Below are positions 26,040 to 35,281 of a stretch of 64,000 nt of DNA, piece after piece. A program made the position numbers and the translations under genes. Source of the DNA: an uncultured Clostridia bacterium (GTDB taxonomy: Bacteria > Bacillota > Clostridia > Christensenellales > UBA1242); assembly GCA_944376845.1 (NCBI GenBank), contig CALWDZ010000007.1, forward strand, positions 1,294 to 65,293, read 5' to 3'. Every line of letters begins with the position of its first letter. Positions within the stretch are counted from its first letter, which is position 1. The notes beneath the pieces are model-generated. The model was not told where the DNA came from. It saw only the letters and a program-made list of their open reading frames with translations, and did not search any database.

Positions 26040-28115
26040 ATGAAACTTGTTGTTATAGAATCGCCAGGAAAGCGAGAAACACTTCAAAAATATTTAGGAA
26101 AAGATTATGTAGTTATGTCTTCTAAAGGGCATGTAAGAGATTTGCCATCCAAAAGTTTTGCAGTTGATATAAATCATAATTTTGAACCAAAATATGAGAT
26201 TATGCCAGACAAAAAGGCGATTATTGAAGACATAAAAAATAAAGCAAAAAAAGCAGAATATGTTCTCCTTGCAACCGACCCCGACCGAGAAGGTGAGGCT
26301 ATTGCATGGCATTTGGCTTATTGTTTAGGAATTGATCCACATACCAAATGCCGTATTGTCTTTAACGAAATTAGTAAATCAGCGGTTGAAAAAGCACTTT
26401 TAAGTCCACGTGAAATAGATTTAAATTTGGTCGATGCACAACAGGCAAGAAGAATACTCGATAGGATTATGGGATACAAACTTTCTCCAATTCTTTGCAA
26501 GAAAATTCAACCTAAGCTTAGTGCGGGAAGAGTGCAATCTGTTTGTTTAAGGCTTGTTGTTGATAGAGAAAAAGAGATTGAAGATTTCGTGCCAGAAGAA
26601 TATTGGAACTTAACTGCACAATTTAAAAAACAAAATCAAAGTACAATATTTAAAGCAGCACTTTTAGAATATAAAGGCAAAAAAGAAAAACTTTCAAAAA
26701 AAGAAGAAGTTGATGAAGTATTAGAAAATTTAAACAATGCAACTTATAAGGTTACATCAATAAAAAAATCTAAAACAAAATCTAAAGCACCTGCACCCTT
26801 TACAACCTCTACAATGCAACAAGAGGCTTTAAACAAACTTAATATGACTTTAAAGCGAACAACAAGTGCGGCACAACAACTTTATGAAGGAATTGATATT
26901 CCAAAAGAAGGAAAAGTTGCTTTTATAACATATATAAGAACTGATAGTGTTAGAATTAGCGAAGATGCAGTAAAAATGGCACGAGAGCATATTCAAAAAA
27001 CTTATGGTAATGAATATTTACCAAGTAAACCAAATGTTTTTACTGTAAAAGCCAATGCTCAAGATGCACATGAGGCCATTAGGCCAATTTCGCTTCAAAG
27101 GACACCAGAAAGTATTAAGGATGTTGCTTCTAGTGATGTATATCGATTATATAAACTCATATATGATAGGTTCGTTGCATGTCAAATGACTGAGGCGATT
27201 TATGACAATGTAACCGCAAATATTACAGCAAATGATTGTGTTTTTAAAGCAGTTGGTAAAACACTTGATTTCGCAGGTTATACTGCAGTTTACAAAACTG
27301 AATCAAAAGATAAAGATAATAAAGAACAAGTCGAAGAAGGTAAACTTCCAAAATTGGAAGAGGGTGAAGTACTTGATTTAGATAAACTTTTGCCAGAACA
27401 AAAGTTTACAAAACCACCAACTCGTTATACTGAAGCAACCCTTGTTAAAGCAATGGAAGAGAAAGGTATTGGTAGACCATCAACTTATGCACCAACTGTA
27501 ACAGTTATTGCATCAAGAGAATATACCAAAAAAGATGGGAAATATATAGTTCCAACAGAAATTGGACGTTCCGTTACTGGATTTTTGGAAAAGTATTTTA
27601 ATAAGATGATAAATGTCAAGTTTACCGCATATATGGAAACAAAACTTGATGAAGTTGCTGAGGATAAATGCACTTGGCAAGTAGTAATAGAAAATTTTTG
27701 GAAAAGTTTTAAAGAACTTTTGGACAATGCCAATTTTAATGCTTATGTTTCACCTAAAAAAGAACCAATAAAAACCGATATTATTTGTGATAAATGTGGA
27801 AGCCCAATGGTTATCAGAGAGGGCAAGTTTGGTAAATTTTTAGGTTGTTCCAATTATCCTACTTGTAAAAACATTATGCCTTATGAAGACGAAAATACAC
27901 CAAGAGGTGTGTGTCCGGAGTGTGGAAAAGAAGTTGTTCAGCGTAAATCAAAAAAAGGAAAAATATTTTATGCTTGCACAGGATATCCTGAATGTAAATT
28001 TATGAGTTGGGATGTTCCTACGGGAGAAAAATGTCCTGAATGCAATTCTCCACTTGTAATTAAGGGCAAAAAGGTAATTTGCTCATCAAAAAGTTGTAAG
28101 TATGTTAAACAATAA
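26040..28115 (+). CDS. topA: DNA topoisomerase I
   Basis: TOPRIM (LVVIESPGK, ATDPDREGEAIAWH), active-site region YIRTDS, and C-terminal Cys4 zinc ribbons. Confidence 0.95.
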   Translation: MKLVVIESPGKRETLQKYLGKDYVVMSSKGHVRDLPSKSFAVDINHNFEPKYEIMPDKKAIIEDIKNKAKKAEYVLLATDPDREGEAIAWHLAYCLGIDPHTKCRIVFNEISKSAVEKALLSPREIDLNLVDAQQARRILDRIMGYKLSPILCKKIQPKLSAGRVQSVCLRLVVDREKEIEDFVPEEYWNLTAQFKKQNQSTIFKAALLEYKGKKEKLSKKEEVDEVLENLNNATYKVTSIKKSKTKSKAPAPFTTSTMQQEALNKLNMTLKRTTSAAQQLYEGIDIPKEGKVAFITYIRTDSVRISEDAVKMAREHIQKTYGNEYLPSKPNVFTVKANAQDAHEAIRPISLQRTPESIKDVASSDVYRLYKLIYDRFVACQMTEAIYDNVTANITANDCVFKAVGKTLDFAGYTAVYKTESKDKDNKEQVEEGKLPKLEEGEVLDLDKLLPEQKFTKPPTRYTEATLVKAMEEKGIGRPSTYAPTVTVIASREYTKKDGKYIVPTEIGRSVTGFLEKYFNKMINVKFTAYMETKLDEVAEDKCTWQVVIENFWKSFKELLDNANFNAYVSPKKEPIKTDIICDKCGSPMVIREGKFGKFLGCSNYPTCKNIMPYEDENTPRGVCPECGKEVVQRKSKKGKIFYACTGYPECKFMSWDVPTGEKCPECNSPLVIKGKKVICSSKSCKYVKQ

Positions 28116-29418
28116 TTATGTAAAAGTAATAGGTGCAGGGCTTGCTGGGAGTGAAGCAGCATATTTTTTGGCGCAACATGGCATCAAAGTTAAATTATAT
28201 GAAATGAAATCTATAAAAAAGACTCCTGCACAAAATAGTGAAAACTTTGCTGAACTCGTTTGTTCAAATAGTCTAAAAAATGAACAACCTCTTTCTGCAA
28301 GTGGACTATTAAAACAAGAATTAAAACAACTCGATTGTTTTTTATTAAAATGTGCAGAGTCGACTCGTGTACCATCAGGGAATTCACTTAGTGTCGATAG
28401 AGAGGCATTTTCAAGTTTGGTAACCAATACATTAAAAAATCATCCAAATATTGAAATTATAGATGAAGTAGTTAAAACGATAGATGTTGATATTCCAACA
28501 ATAATTGCCACCGGACCATTGTGCGACGACGATTTATTTAAAAATATATCATCTTTAATTGGTGATGATAATTGTTATTTTTACGATGCAATAGCACCAA
28601 TAATCAGCAGTGATAGCATTGATTACTCTCGTGCATTTTGGGCAAATAGATATGACCAAGGTGATTCAAAAGATTACCTTAATTGTTATATGTACAAAGA
28701 TGAGTATGATATTTTTGTAGACGAACTTGTCCATGCCGAGAGAGCCAAATTGCATACATTTGAAAAAGTTAAAGTATTTGAAGGTTGTATGCCAATAGAA
28801 ATTTTGGCATCAAGAGGAGAAAAGGCACTTCGCTTTGGACCATTAAAACCCGTGGGACTTTCAAAAAAAGTTCAAGGTGAAAAACCTTATGCCATTGTGC
28901 AATTAAGGAAAGAAAATGTAGATGGGAGTTGTTTGAATATGGTTGGTTTTCAAACAAACCTAACATACGGCGAACAAAAACGAGTTTTTAGACTTATTCC
29001 AGCGTTAAAAAATGCAGAGTTTTTAAGATATGGAAGTATGCATAGAAATAGTTACATATGTGCACCAAAGTGTTTAAATGTCTATTCTCAACTTAGAAAA
29101 TATCTAAATATTTTTATTGCAGGTCAAATATCTGGTGTAGAAGGTTATGTGGAAAGTATTGCAAGTGGTTTGTATTCTGCAATAAATATGTTATTATATC
29201 TTAAAGGTAAAACTTTACAGTCTTTGCCAAAAACCACAATTATAGGTGCACTTATGGATTATTTGGCAAATGCTGATGCAAATAATTTTCAACCTATGAA
29301 TGCAAACTATGGTATTATAGAATGTCAAGATTTTGCTGATAAAACACAAAAAAGAAAACAAATATTAGAAATATCACAGAAAGAAATTAAAAAATTTAAG
29401 GAGAAATTGAATGGATAA
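28102..29418 (+). CDS. trmFO: methylenetetrahydrofolate--tRNA-(uracil54-C5)-methyltransferase
   Basis: [43 protein letters not shown]. Confidence 0.92.
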   Translation: MLNNNYVKVIGAGLAGSEAAYFLAQHGIKVKLYEMKSIKKTPAQNSENFAELVCSNSLKNEQPLSASGLLKQELKQLDCFLLKCAESTRVPSGNSLSVDREAFSSLVTNTLKNHPNIEIIDEVVKTIDVDIPTIIATGPLCDDDLFKNISSLIGDDNCYFYDAIAPIISSDSIDYSRAFWANRYDQGDSKDYLNCYMYKDEYDIFVDELVHAERAKLHTFEKVKVFEGCMPIEILASRGEKALRFGPLKPVGLSKKVQGEKPYAIVQLRKENVDGSCLNMVGFQTNLTYGEQKRVFRLIPALKNAEFLRYGSMHRNSYICAPKCLNVYSQLRKYLNIFIAGQISGVEGYVESIASGLYSAINMLLYLKGKTLQSLPKTTIIGALMDYLANADANNFQPMNANYGIIECQDFADKTQKRKQILEISQKEIKKFKEKLNG

Positions 29419-29950
29419 TGAATTTAGAGCGACGACAATATGTGCAGTTAAAAGAAATGGGAAAACTGCAATTTGTGGTGATGGTCAAGTTACTATGTCG
29501 CAAAGCGTAATTTTTAAAAGCAATGCAAAAAAAGTCAGAAGAATTTATGACGGAAAAGTTGTTGTAGGCTTTGCAGGTTCAGTTGTTGATGCTATAAGTC
29601 TTTGTGATAAGTTTGAAGAAATGCTTAATAAATATTCTGGAAACTTACTAAAAAGTGCAGTTGAACTTGCTGGACTATGGAGAGATGATAAAGTAGCAAA
29701 ACAGTTAAATGCGATGATGATTGTAGCAGATAAGGATACAATGTTACTCCTATCAGGTGCTGGTGAAGTTATGGAGCCACAAGATGGTGTATGTGCCATT
29801 GGCAGTGGTGGTAATTATGCTTTTGCTGCAGCAAAAGCACTTTTGCAAAATACAAAACTTACAGCAAAAGCCATTGCAACAAAATCACTTTTAATTGCAA
29901 GTGAAATTTGTGTATTTACAAATTCAAATATTATTGTTGAGGAAGTTTAG
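29411..29950 (+). CDS. hslV: ATP-dependent protease subunit HslV
   Basis: [20 protein letters not shown]-terminal Thr nucleophile context, plus GSGGNYA. Confidence 0.93.
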   Translation: MDNEFRATTICAVKRNGKTAICGDGQVTMSQSVIFKSNAKKVRRIYDGKVVVGFAGSVVDAISLCDKFEEMLNKYSGNLLKSAVELAGLWRDDKVAKQLNAMMIVADKDTMLLLSGAGEVMEPQDGVCAIGSGGNYAFAAAKALLQNTKLTAKAIATKSLLIASEICVFTNSNIIVEEV

Positions 29951-29960
29951 GAGGTAGAAA

Positions 29961-31256
29961 ATGAGTATGACGCCAAGAGAAATTGTGACTGAACTTGATA
30001 AATATATCATAGGGCAGGACGAAGCCAAAAAGGCAGTTGCAATTGCACTTAGAAATAGATATAGAAGAAGTCGATTACCAAAAGAACTTAGAGATGAAAT
30101 AACACCTAAAAACATAATTATGAAAGGTCCAACTGGTGTAGGAAAAACAGAGATTGCAAGAAGACTTGCCAAACTTGTTGGTGCTCCTTTTATAAAGATT
30201 GAAGCAACAAAATACACAGAAGTAGGCTATGTTGGAAGAGATGTTGAAAGTATGGTTAGAGACCTTGTATCTGTTGCTGTACGCCTTGTAAAAGATGAAA
30301 AGCTACATGAAGTGGAAAAGAGAGCGCAAAAAGCAGTTGACGACAAACTGTTAAAGGTTATAAGTGATGAACTTGTTAAACAGGGCTTAAATGTACCACT
30401 TGCTGAAATCGAAGAAAATTACAGAAGTGGTAAATATGACGATATGAATATTGAAGTTAGTATCGTTGAAAAAGCACAACAATTTGATTTTATGCCAGAA
30501 TTTGAAGGGATGAACATCTCTACCATGATCGGAGGTATTTTTCCTCCAAGAAGAAAAACTCGTAAAATGTCTGTACTACATGCCAAAGAATGCTTAATGG
30601 AAGATGAATCAGATAAACTTATAGATAATGAAAGTGTCTATCAGGAAGCCATAAGAAGGGCAGAGGAAGAAGGTATAATCTTTATCGATGAAATGGATAA
30701 GATAATCGGTAAAGGAAGCCAGAGTGGTCCAGATGTTTCAAGAGAGGGTGTACAAAGAGATATTTTGCCAATTGTCGAGGGATCAACTGTTAGTACAAAA
30801 TATGGCAATGTAAAAACAGACTTTATTTTGTTTATAGCGGCTGGAGCATTCCATGTTTCAAAAATTGAAGATATGATTCCGGAACTTCAGGGTCGTTTTC
30901 CAATAAGGGTGGAATTAAATAGCCTAACAAAAGATGATTTTGTAAAAATTTTGTCTACACCAAAAAATGCAATTACACTTCAGTACGCAAGTTTATTAAA
31001 AGTTGATAACATAGAACTTGAATTTACAGATGATGCACTTGACGAAATTGCTATCATAGCCGAATATCAAAATGAAAATATGGAAAATCTAGGTGCAAGA
31101 AGATTGCATACAATAATGGAAAAACTGTTAGAAGATGTATCTTTTAATGCAAGTGGAGAATATCCTTTGAGTAAAGTTATAATAGACAGGGCATATGTAC
31201 AAAATATATTTGGTAAACATAATAAAAATAGTGATTTGAAAAAATATATAATTTAA
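29961..31256 (+). CDS. hslU: ATP-dependent protease ATPase subunit HslU
   Basis: TPREIV.ELDKYIIGQ, Walker A GPTGVGKTEIARRLA, GIIFIDEMDKI, IAAGAFH. Confidence 0.93.
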   Translation: MSMTPREIVTELDKYIIGQDEAKKAVAIALRNRYRRSRLPKELRDEITPKNIIMKGPTGVGKTEIARRLAKLVGAPFIKIEATKYTEVGYVGRDVESMVRDLVSVAVRLVKDEKLHEVEKRAQKAVDDKLLKVISDELVKQGLNVPLAEIEENYRSGKYDDMNIEVSIVEKAQQFDFMPEFEGMNISTMIGGIFPPRRKTRKMSVLHAKECLMEDESDKLIDNESVYQEAIRRAEEEGIIFIDEMDKIIGKGSQSGPDVSREGVQRDILPIVEGSTVSTKYGNVKTDFILFIAAGAFHVSKIEDMIPELQGRFPIRVELNSLTKDDFVKILSTPKNAITLQYASLLKVDNIELEFTDDALDEIAIIAEYQNENMENLGARRLHTIMEKLLEDVSFNASGEYPLSKVIIDRAYVQNIFGKHNKNSDLKKYII

Positions 31257-31269
31257 AGGAGTAAAAAAA

Positions 31270-31581
31270 ATGGAAATTATAAACAAAGAAAAGTTTGAAG
31301 AAAAAGTTTTGAAAGCAAATGGAGTGGTCTTAGTTGACTTTTTCGCAACATGGTGTGGTCCATGCAAAATGCTTGCACCAGTTCTTGAAGATGTAAGCAC
31401 TGAAACGGAAGCAAAAATTTACAAGGTTGATATTGATGAAAGCAGTGACCTTGCTCGTGAATATGGCATTATGGTTGTTCCTACCATGATAATCTTCGTA
31501 GATGGTAAACAAGCTGAAAAGTTTAGTGGATATATGCAAAAAAATGCAATTTTGGATAAAATCAATGCTTATGTTAAATAG
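31270..31581 (+). CDS. trxA: thioredoxin
   Basis: Active site WCGPCK in the VLVDFFATWCGPCKMLAP context. Confidence 0.93.
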   Translation: MEIINKEKFEEKVLKANGVVLVDFFATWCGPCKMLAPVLEDVSTETEAKIYKVDIDESSDLAREYGIMVVPTMIIFVDGKQAEKFSGYMQKNAILDKINAYVK

Positions 31582-31658
31582 TTATGTGAATTGATAAATT
31601 GGGTATTGATTTTTATACCTAATAATGATATACTACTTAACGATAAAAGGATTATTGT

Positions 31659-32834
31659 ATGGATAGAAAAGTTTATTTGGATAATGCCTCAACTACATAT
31701 ATATCAAGTGAGGTGTTAAATGAAATGATGCCTTGTTTTAATACAATTTATGGCAATGCAAGCAGTTTGCACTCTTTTGGTCGTGATGCACAAGCAATGG
31801 TAGATAGGGCTCGTGACAAAATAGCAAAAGCGATAAATGCAAATTTAACTGAATTGTATTTTACTTCTGGTGGAACAGAGACTAACAACTGGGCAATCAA
31901 AGGTCTTGCTCATGCAAATAAGGATAAAGGCAAACATATTATTGTATCAAAAATAGAGCATGAATCAATACTTCAAAGTTGTAAAGAACTTGAAAAAGAG
32001 GGTTTTGAAGTAACATATCTAAATGTTGATAGTGAAGGCTTGGTAAAACTTACTGACTTATTGCACTACATTAGAAAAGATACTATTTTGGTATCTGTAA
32101 TGGCAGCAAATAATGAAGTTGGTACTATACAAAATATAAAGGCTATAGCCTCCATAGTCCATGATAACGGTGCAATATTTCACACTGATGCCGTTCAGGC
32201 ACTTGGTCATTTAAAAATTGATGTTCAAGATATGGACATTGATGCAATGACCATAAGTGCACACAAAATTCATGGACCAAAAGGCATTGGTGCCTTATAC
32301 CTTAAAAAAGGTATAAAGATTGAACCTTTAATCGTTGGTGGCAATCAAGAAAGTGGGAAACGCGGAGGAACACTTAATGTTCCAAATATAGTCGGCTTTG
32401 GTAAAGCAGCTGAAATTGCAACGAGAGATTTAGTTGCTGTAAACCAAAAATTAAAGACTATTAGAGATTATTTTGTAAGGTCAGTTATGGAAAAAATTGA
32501 CTATGTTAAATACAATGGTCATCCTTACCAAAAAATAAATAACATTGTAAACTTTTCATTTGATTTAGTTGAAGGTGAGGCAGTGCTTATGATGCTAGAT
32601 ATGGAGGGCGTTGCTGTTTCTACTGGTTCGGCGTGTGAAACTGGTAGCGTTGAACCTTCACATGTGCTTTTGGCAATGGGGTTAACTGATAGTGAAGCAA
32701 GAAGTGCAATAAGATTTTCATTTAGCAAATCGACTACAAAAGATGACATTGATTACACTGTTGATACTTTAGTAAAAGTAATTGCAAAACTTAGGTCCAT
32801 TTCTGCTGTAACAAAAACAGGGAGGGCAAAATAA
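31659..32834 (+). CDS. nifS: cysteine desulfurase (NifS/IscS type)
   Basis: YLDNASTT, PLP-lysine context SAHKIHGPKG, and catalytic Cys loop STGSACETGS. Confidence 0.9.
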   Translation: MDRKVYLDNASTTYISSEVLNEMMPCFNTIYGNASSLHSFGRDAQAMVDRARDKIAKAINANLTELYFTSGGTETNNWAIKGLAHANKDKGKHIIVSKIEHESILQSCKELEKEGFEVTYLNVDSEGLVKLTDLLHYIRKDTILVSVMAANNEVGTIQNIKAIASIVHDNGAIFHTDAVQALGHLKIDVQDMDIDAMTISAHKIHGPKGIGALYLKKGIKIEPLIVGGNQESGKRGGTLNVPNIVGFGKAAEIATRDLVAVNQKLKTIRDYFVRSVMEKIDYVKYNGHPYQKINNIVNFSFDLVEGEAVLMMLDMEGVAVSTGSACETGSVEPSHVLLAMGLTDSEARSAIRFSFSKSTTKDDIDYTVDTLVKVIAKLRSISAVTKTGRAK

Positions 32835-33229
32835 TGTATAGTCAAAAAGTTTTAGAAATCTTTAAAAACCCAATAAATGCTGGTGGTTTGCAAGGTGCAA
32901 ACGGTGTGGCAAAAGTGGCAAATGAAAAATTTGGCGATGTTGTAAGAATTTATTTAAAAGTAAATGATGACAAAGTCATCGATGTTGCTAGATTTAAAGC
33001 GATGGGTTGTGTCGCAACGATTGCTGTTTGCAATGTTCTTTGTGATTTAGTTAAAGGAAAAACATTAGATGAAGCATTAACAGTAACCGCTGAAGATGTA
33101 GTTGAAGTAACTGGACAGTTGCCAGAAGAAAAAATTGCACTACTTCCAACAATATTTGAAGCATTTAGAGATGCTGTTAGTGATTATTATAAACGTAAAG
33201 AACGAGAAGAAGAAAAGAAAAACGCATAA
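32834..33229 (+). CDS. NifU/IscU-like protein lacking two of the three canonical cluster-ligand cysteines
   Basis: Colinear with IscU (YSQKV...F.NP.N.G...; RFKAMGC...; VKGKTLDEA). However, the CGD motif reads FGD and the HC(S) motif reads ALL. Extra Cys residues occur in VCNVLC. Confidence 0.75.
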   Translation: MYSQKVLEIFKNPINAGGLQGANGVAKVANEKFGDVVRIYLKVNDDKVIDVARFKAMGCVATIAVCNVLCDLVKGKTLDEALTVTAEDVVEVTGQLPEEKIALLPTIFEAFRDAVSDYYKRKEREEEKKNA

Positions 33230-33286
33230 GATAATCTAAGTATAATAAAACCTTTTTTGCAAATAATACTTGCGGGAGGTTTTTTT

Positions 33287-33466
33287 ATGAAAGATGGAAT
33301 AATATGCGGTATTGTTATTGGTATGGTCGCTGGTGCGCTTCTTTATAAATATAATCCTCAGGCTAAAGAATTAGTAAACAAAACTGAGGATGCAGTAAAA
33401 AAAGAAGTACATAACATGACAAAAGAGCAGCCACAAAAACAAACCAAAACATCTAAAAAAGGCTGA
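33287..33466 (+). CDS. small membrane protein (YtxH-like)
   Basis: 59 aa from the ATG after a GGGAGG SD. Gly-rich TM helix GIVIGMVAGALL, then a charged helical tail. Confidence 0.45.
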   Translation: MKDGIICGIVIGMVAGALLYKYNPQAKELVNKTEDAVKKEVHNMTKEQPQKQTKTSKKG

Positions 33467-33470
33467 CCTA

Positions 33471-33503
33471 TAACACACCTTAGCGGTGTGTTATTTATTT
33501 TTG
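33471..33503 (+). terminator. rho-independent terminator
   Basis: Hairpin TAACACACC/GGTGTGTTA followed by a T-rich tract. Confidence 0.6.
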
Positions 33504-33557
33504 TAAAATATTTGACTAAATGCTTTGAAGTAAAGTATACTAACTACGAGTTTAATT

Positions 33558-33983
33558 ATGCAATATCATAGAATAATGTGCCTTGATTATGGAGATGCAA
33601 GAATTGGAATTGCTTTTTCGGACCTTTTAGGTTTAACGGCAACTCCTTATGAAGTTTACAAAACGAGAGGGACAGAACTTGATATTGAATACCTATCGCA
33701 ATTGGCAAAAAAAAATGATGCCAACTTAGTTGTTATAGGTATGCCATACTCACTTGATGGCTCAGAGAATGAACGTACAGCAATTACAAAATCTTTTGGG
33801 CAAAAACTTGGCGAAGCATCCAATCTAAAAGTTGTATATGAAGATGAACGTTTATCTTCTTATGAAGCAGAACAACTTCTTCGAGAGCGAAAAGTTCCGC
33901 CAAAAAAGCGAAAGCAGTATTTAGATATGTTGTCCGCTGCGGTAATTCTTGAAAGCTATTTAAAAAATAATAAAGGAGAATGA
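33558..33983 (+). CDS. ruvX: Holliday junction resolvase-like protein RuvX (YqgF)
   Basis: IMCLDYGDARIGIAFSD and GMPYSLDGSENE, as in the YqgF family. Confidence 0.88.
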   Translation: MQYHRIMCLDYGDARIGIAFSDLLGLTATPYEVYKTRGTELDIEYLSQLAKKNDANLVVIGMPYSLDGSENERTAITKSFGQKLGEASNLKVVYEDERLSSYEAEQLLRERKVPPKKRKQYLDMLSAAVILESYLKNNKGE

Positions 33984-33986
33984 AAG

Positions 33987-34307
33987 ATGGAAGAAAAAAA
34001 AGAATTGGGTATTATGGATATACTACTTGATGAGGATAATGAAGATCCAATAACACTATATGATGAAAATGATAAGGCAGTTAGATTTGACCAAGTGGCG
34101 ATCATTCCTTTGGATAATAAACTATATGCTATACTCAAACCTATTGACCCTATGGAAGGTGTTGCAGATGATGAGGCTATTGTTTTTTATGTTAATGAAG
34201 ACGGTGATGGTGATGCAACACTTGAGATTGAAACTGATGAGCCAACAGCAATTATGGTTTTTGATGAGTATTATAAACTACTCGATAAGGCTGAAAACAA
34301 ACAATAA
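33987..34307 (+). CDS. DUF1292 domain-containing protein
   Basis: Small acidic protein (ITLYDENDKAVRFDQVAIIPLDNKLYAILKPI...) in the conserved position after ruvX. Confidence 0.7.
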   Translation: MEEKKELGIMDILLDEDNEDPITLYDENDKAVRFDQVAIIPLDNKLYAILKPIDPMEGVADDEAIVFYVNEDGDGDATLEIETDEPTAIMVFDEYYKLLDKAENKQ

Positions 34308-34316
34308 GAGTAAAAA

Positions 34317-34346
34317 ATGTGATAATACAAACTTATCACATTTTTT
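34317..34346 (+). terminator. rho-independent terminator
   Basis: Hairpin ATGTGATAA/TTATCACAT followed by T6. Confidence 0.65.
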
Positions 34347-34348
34347 AT

Positions 34349-34377
34349 GTATTAAATTTTATTTATGAAACATACTA
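34349..34377 (+). promoter_or_regulatory. candidate forespore sigma-G/F-type promoter
   Basis: GTATT (34349-34353), 17-nt spacer, CATACTA (34371-34377). The sigma-G consensus as I recall it is GHATR-17/18-CATxHTA. Confidence 0.35.
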
Positions 34378-34420
34378 AATCTGTCAAAGCACAAATGCTT
34401 TGCGGAGGAGGTAAAACTAT

Positions 34421-34573
34421 ATGTTTGGAAGAAACAAATCTAGCCAAGGAGCATCTAGAACTAGAGATTGTTCAAGTAAAACAAACACAAACGTAGAAGC
34501 GGGCTCAGAAATGGGCAGAAAAAGCTCAAAGACATCAAAGTCAAGTAAAGCGAATAAATCTTCTCGTGGTTAG
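34421..34573 (+). CDS. small basic Ser/Lys-rich protein (50 aa; not in the ORF track)
   Basis: ATG preceded by GGAGGAGG at optimal spacing. Encodes MFGRNKSSQGASRTRDCSSKTNTNVEAGSEMGRKSSKTSKSSKANKSSRG and is followed by a strong terminator. Confidence 0.5.
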   Translation: MFGRNKSSQGASRTRDCSSKTNTNVEAGSEMGRKSSKTSKSSKANKSSRG

Positions 34574-34588
34574 TAAGTAGTTTTGCTG

Positions 34589-34627
34589 AAAAAGGATGTT
34601 TAACATTAGTTAAGCATCTTTTTTTTT
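34589..34627. terminator. bidirectional terminator (small ORF on +, tRNA operon on -)
   Basis: 10-bp hairpin GATGTTTAAC/GTTAAGCATC flanked by A5 and T9. Confidence 0.7.
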
Positions 34628-34774
34628 AAATCATTTTTTGGATAAGTTTTTGGATAAGTTTTTTTACATTTCGCGACACATTTTTGAACATTTGTTCTAA
34701 AAATGGCAATAAAAAAATATCAACATAAAAAAGGCTGAAAGCCTTATAAATAAAGGTTTTCAGCCACATTAAGC

Positions 34775-34861
34775 TGGTGCCGGGAACCGGACTTGAACCG
34801 GTACGGAGTTTCCCCCGAGGGATTTTAAGTCCCTTGCGTCTGCCTATTCCGCCATCTCGGC
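34775..34861 (-). tRNA. tRNA-Leu (anticodon UAA), CCA encoded
   Basis: Reverse complement GCCGAGATGGCGGAATAGGCAGACGCAAGGGACTTAAAATCCCT...CCGGTTCAAGTCCGGTTCCCGGCACCA, with a long variable arm. Confidence 0.9.
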
Positions 34862-34864
34862 ATT

Positions 34865-34939
34865 TGGAGGTGCCACCCAGATTTGAACTGGGGAATAAAG
34901 GTTTTGCAGACCTTGGCCTTACCACTTGGCGATGGCACC
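34865..34939 (-). tRNA. tRNA-Cys (anticodon GCA), CCA encoded
   Basis: Reverse complement GGTGCCATCGCCAAGTGGTAAGGCCAAGGTCTGCAAAACCTT...CCAGTTCAAATCTGGGTGGCACCTCCA. Confidence 0.9.
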
Positions 34940-34951
34940 ACTTAAAAAAAA

Positions 34952-35026
34952 TGGAGCGGAAGACGAGATTCGAACTCGCGACATTTGCCTTGGCAAGGCA
35001 ACGCTCTACCACTGAGCCACTCCCGC
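34952..35026 (-). tRNA. tRNA-Gly (anticodon GCC), CCA encoded
   Basis: Reverse complement GCGGGAGTGGCTCAGTGGTAGAGCGTTGCCTTGCCAAGGCAAATGTCGCGAGTTCGAATCTCGTCTTCCGCTCCA. Confidence 0.9.
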
Positions 35027-35070
35027 ATTATATATGAATTTTTTTTATATTGTGTGCCAATAATCAAGTT

Positions 35071-35147
35071 TGGTGGGAGTTATAGGACTCGAACCTATGA
35101 CCCTCTGCTTGTAAGGCAGATGCTCTAGCCAACTGAGCTAAACTCCC
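35071..35147 (-). tRNA. tRNA-Val (anticodon UAC), CCA encoded
   Basis: Reverse complement GGGAGTTTAGCTCAGTTGGCTAGAGCATCTGCCTTACAAGCAGAGGGTCATAGGTTCGAGTCCTATAACTCCCACCA. Confidence 0.9.
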
Positions 35148-35166
35148 AAAATCATCAAGCCTTTTA

Positions 35167-35196
35167 AATATACCAAATTTATTATGTGTATGTCAA
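35167..35196 (-). promoter_or_regulatory. sigma-A type promoter for the Val-Gly-Cys-Leu tRNA operon
   Basis: On the minus strand: TTGACA, 18-nt spacer, TGgTATATT, about 20 nt upstream of tRNA-Val. Confidence 0.5.
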
Positions 35197-35281
35197 CACA
35201 TTTTTTTAAGTTTTTTATTTTTTTTAATGACAAATTTAATTGTATGTTGTATTATTTAATATAAGTTATTTGAGGTGATTT

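Noticed and set aside
34636-34658. Tandem 12-nt direct repeat TTTTGGATAAG(T) x2 downstream of tRNA-Leu.
   Set aside because: There are only two copies, in an A/T-rich spacer next to a terminator. Nothing suggests function.
34626-35037. ORF-track ORFs 34626-35012 (minus strand, 128 aa) and 34777-35037 (plus strand, 86 aa).
   Set aside because: Both run straight through four well-formed tRNA genes (Leu, Cys, Gly, Val). They are translation artefacts of structured, G+C-rich tRNA sequence.
35148-35281. Looked for a ZTP (pfl) or THF riboswitch upstream of fhs.
   Set aside because: The interval is almost pure A/T. It contains only the divergent tRNA-operon promoter and none of the G-rich conserved cores.
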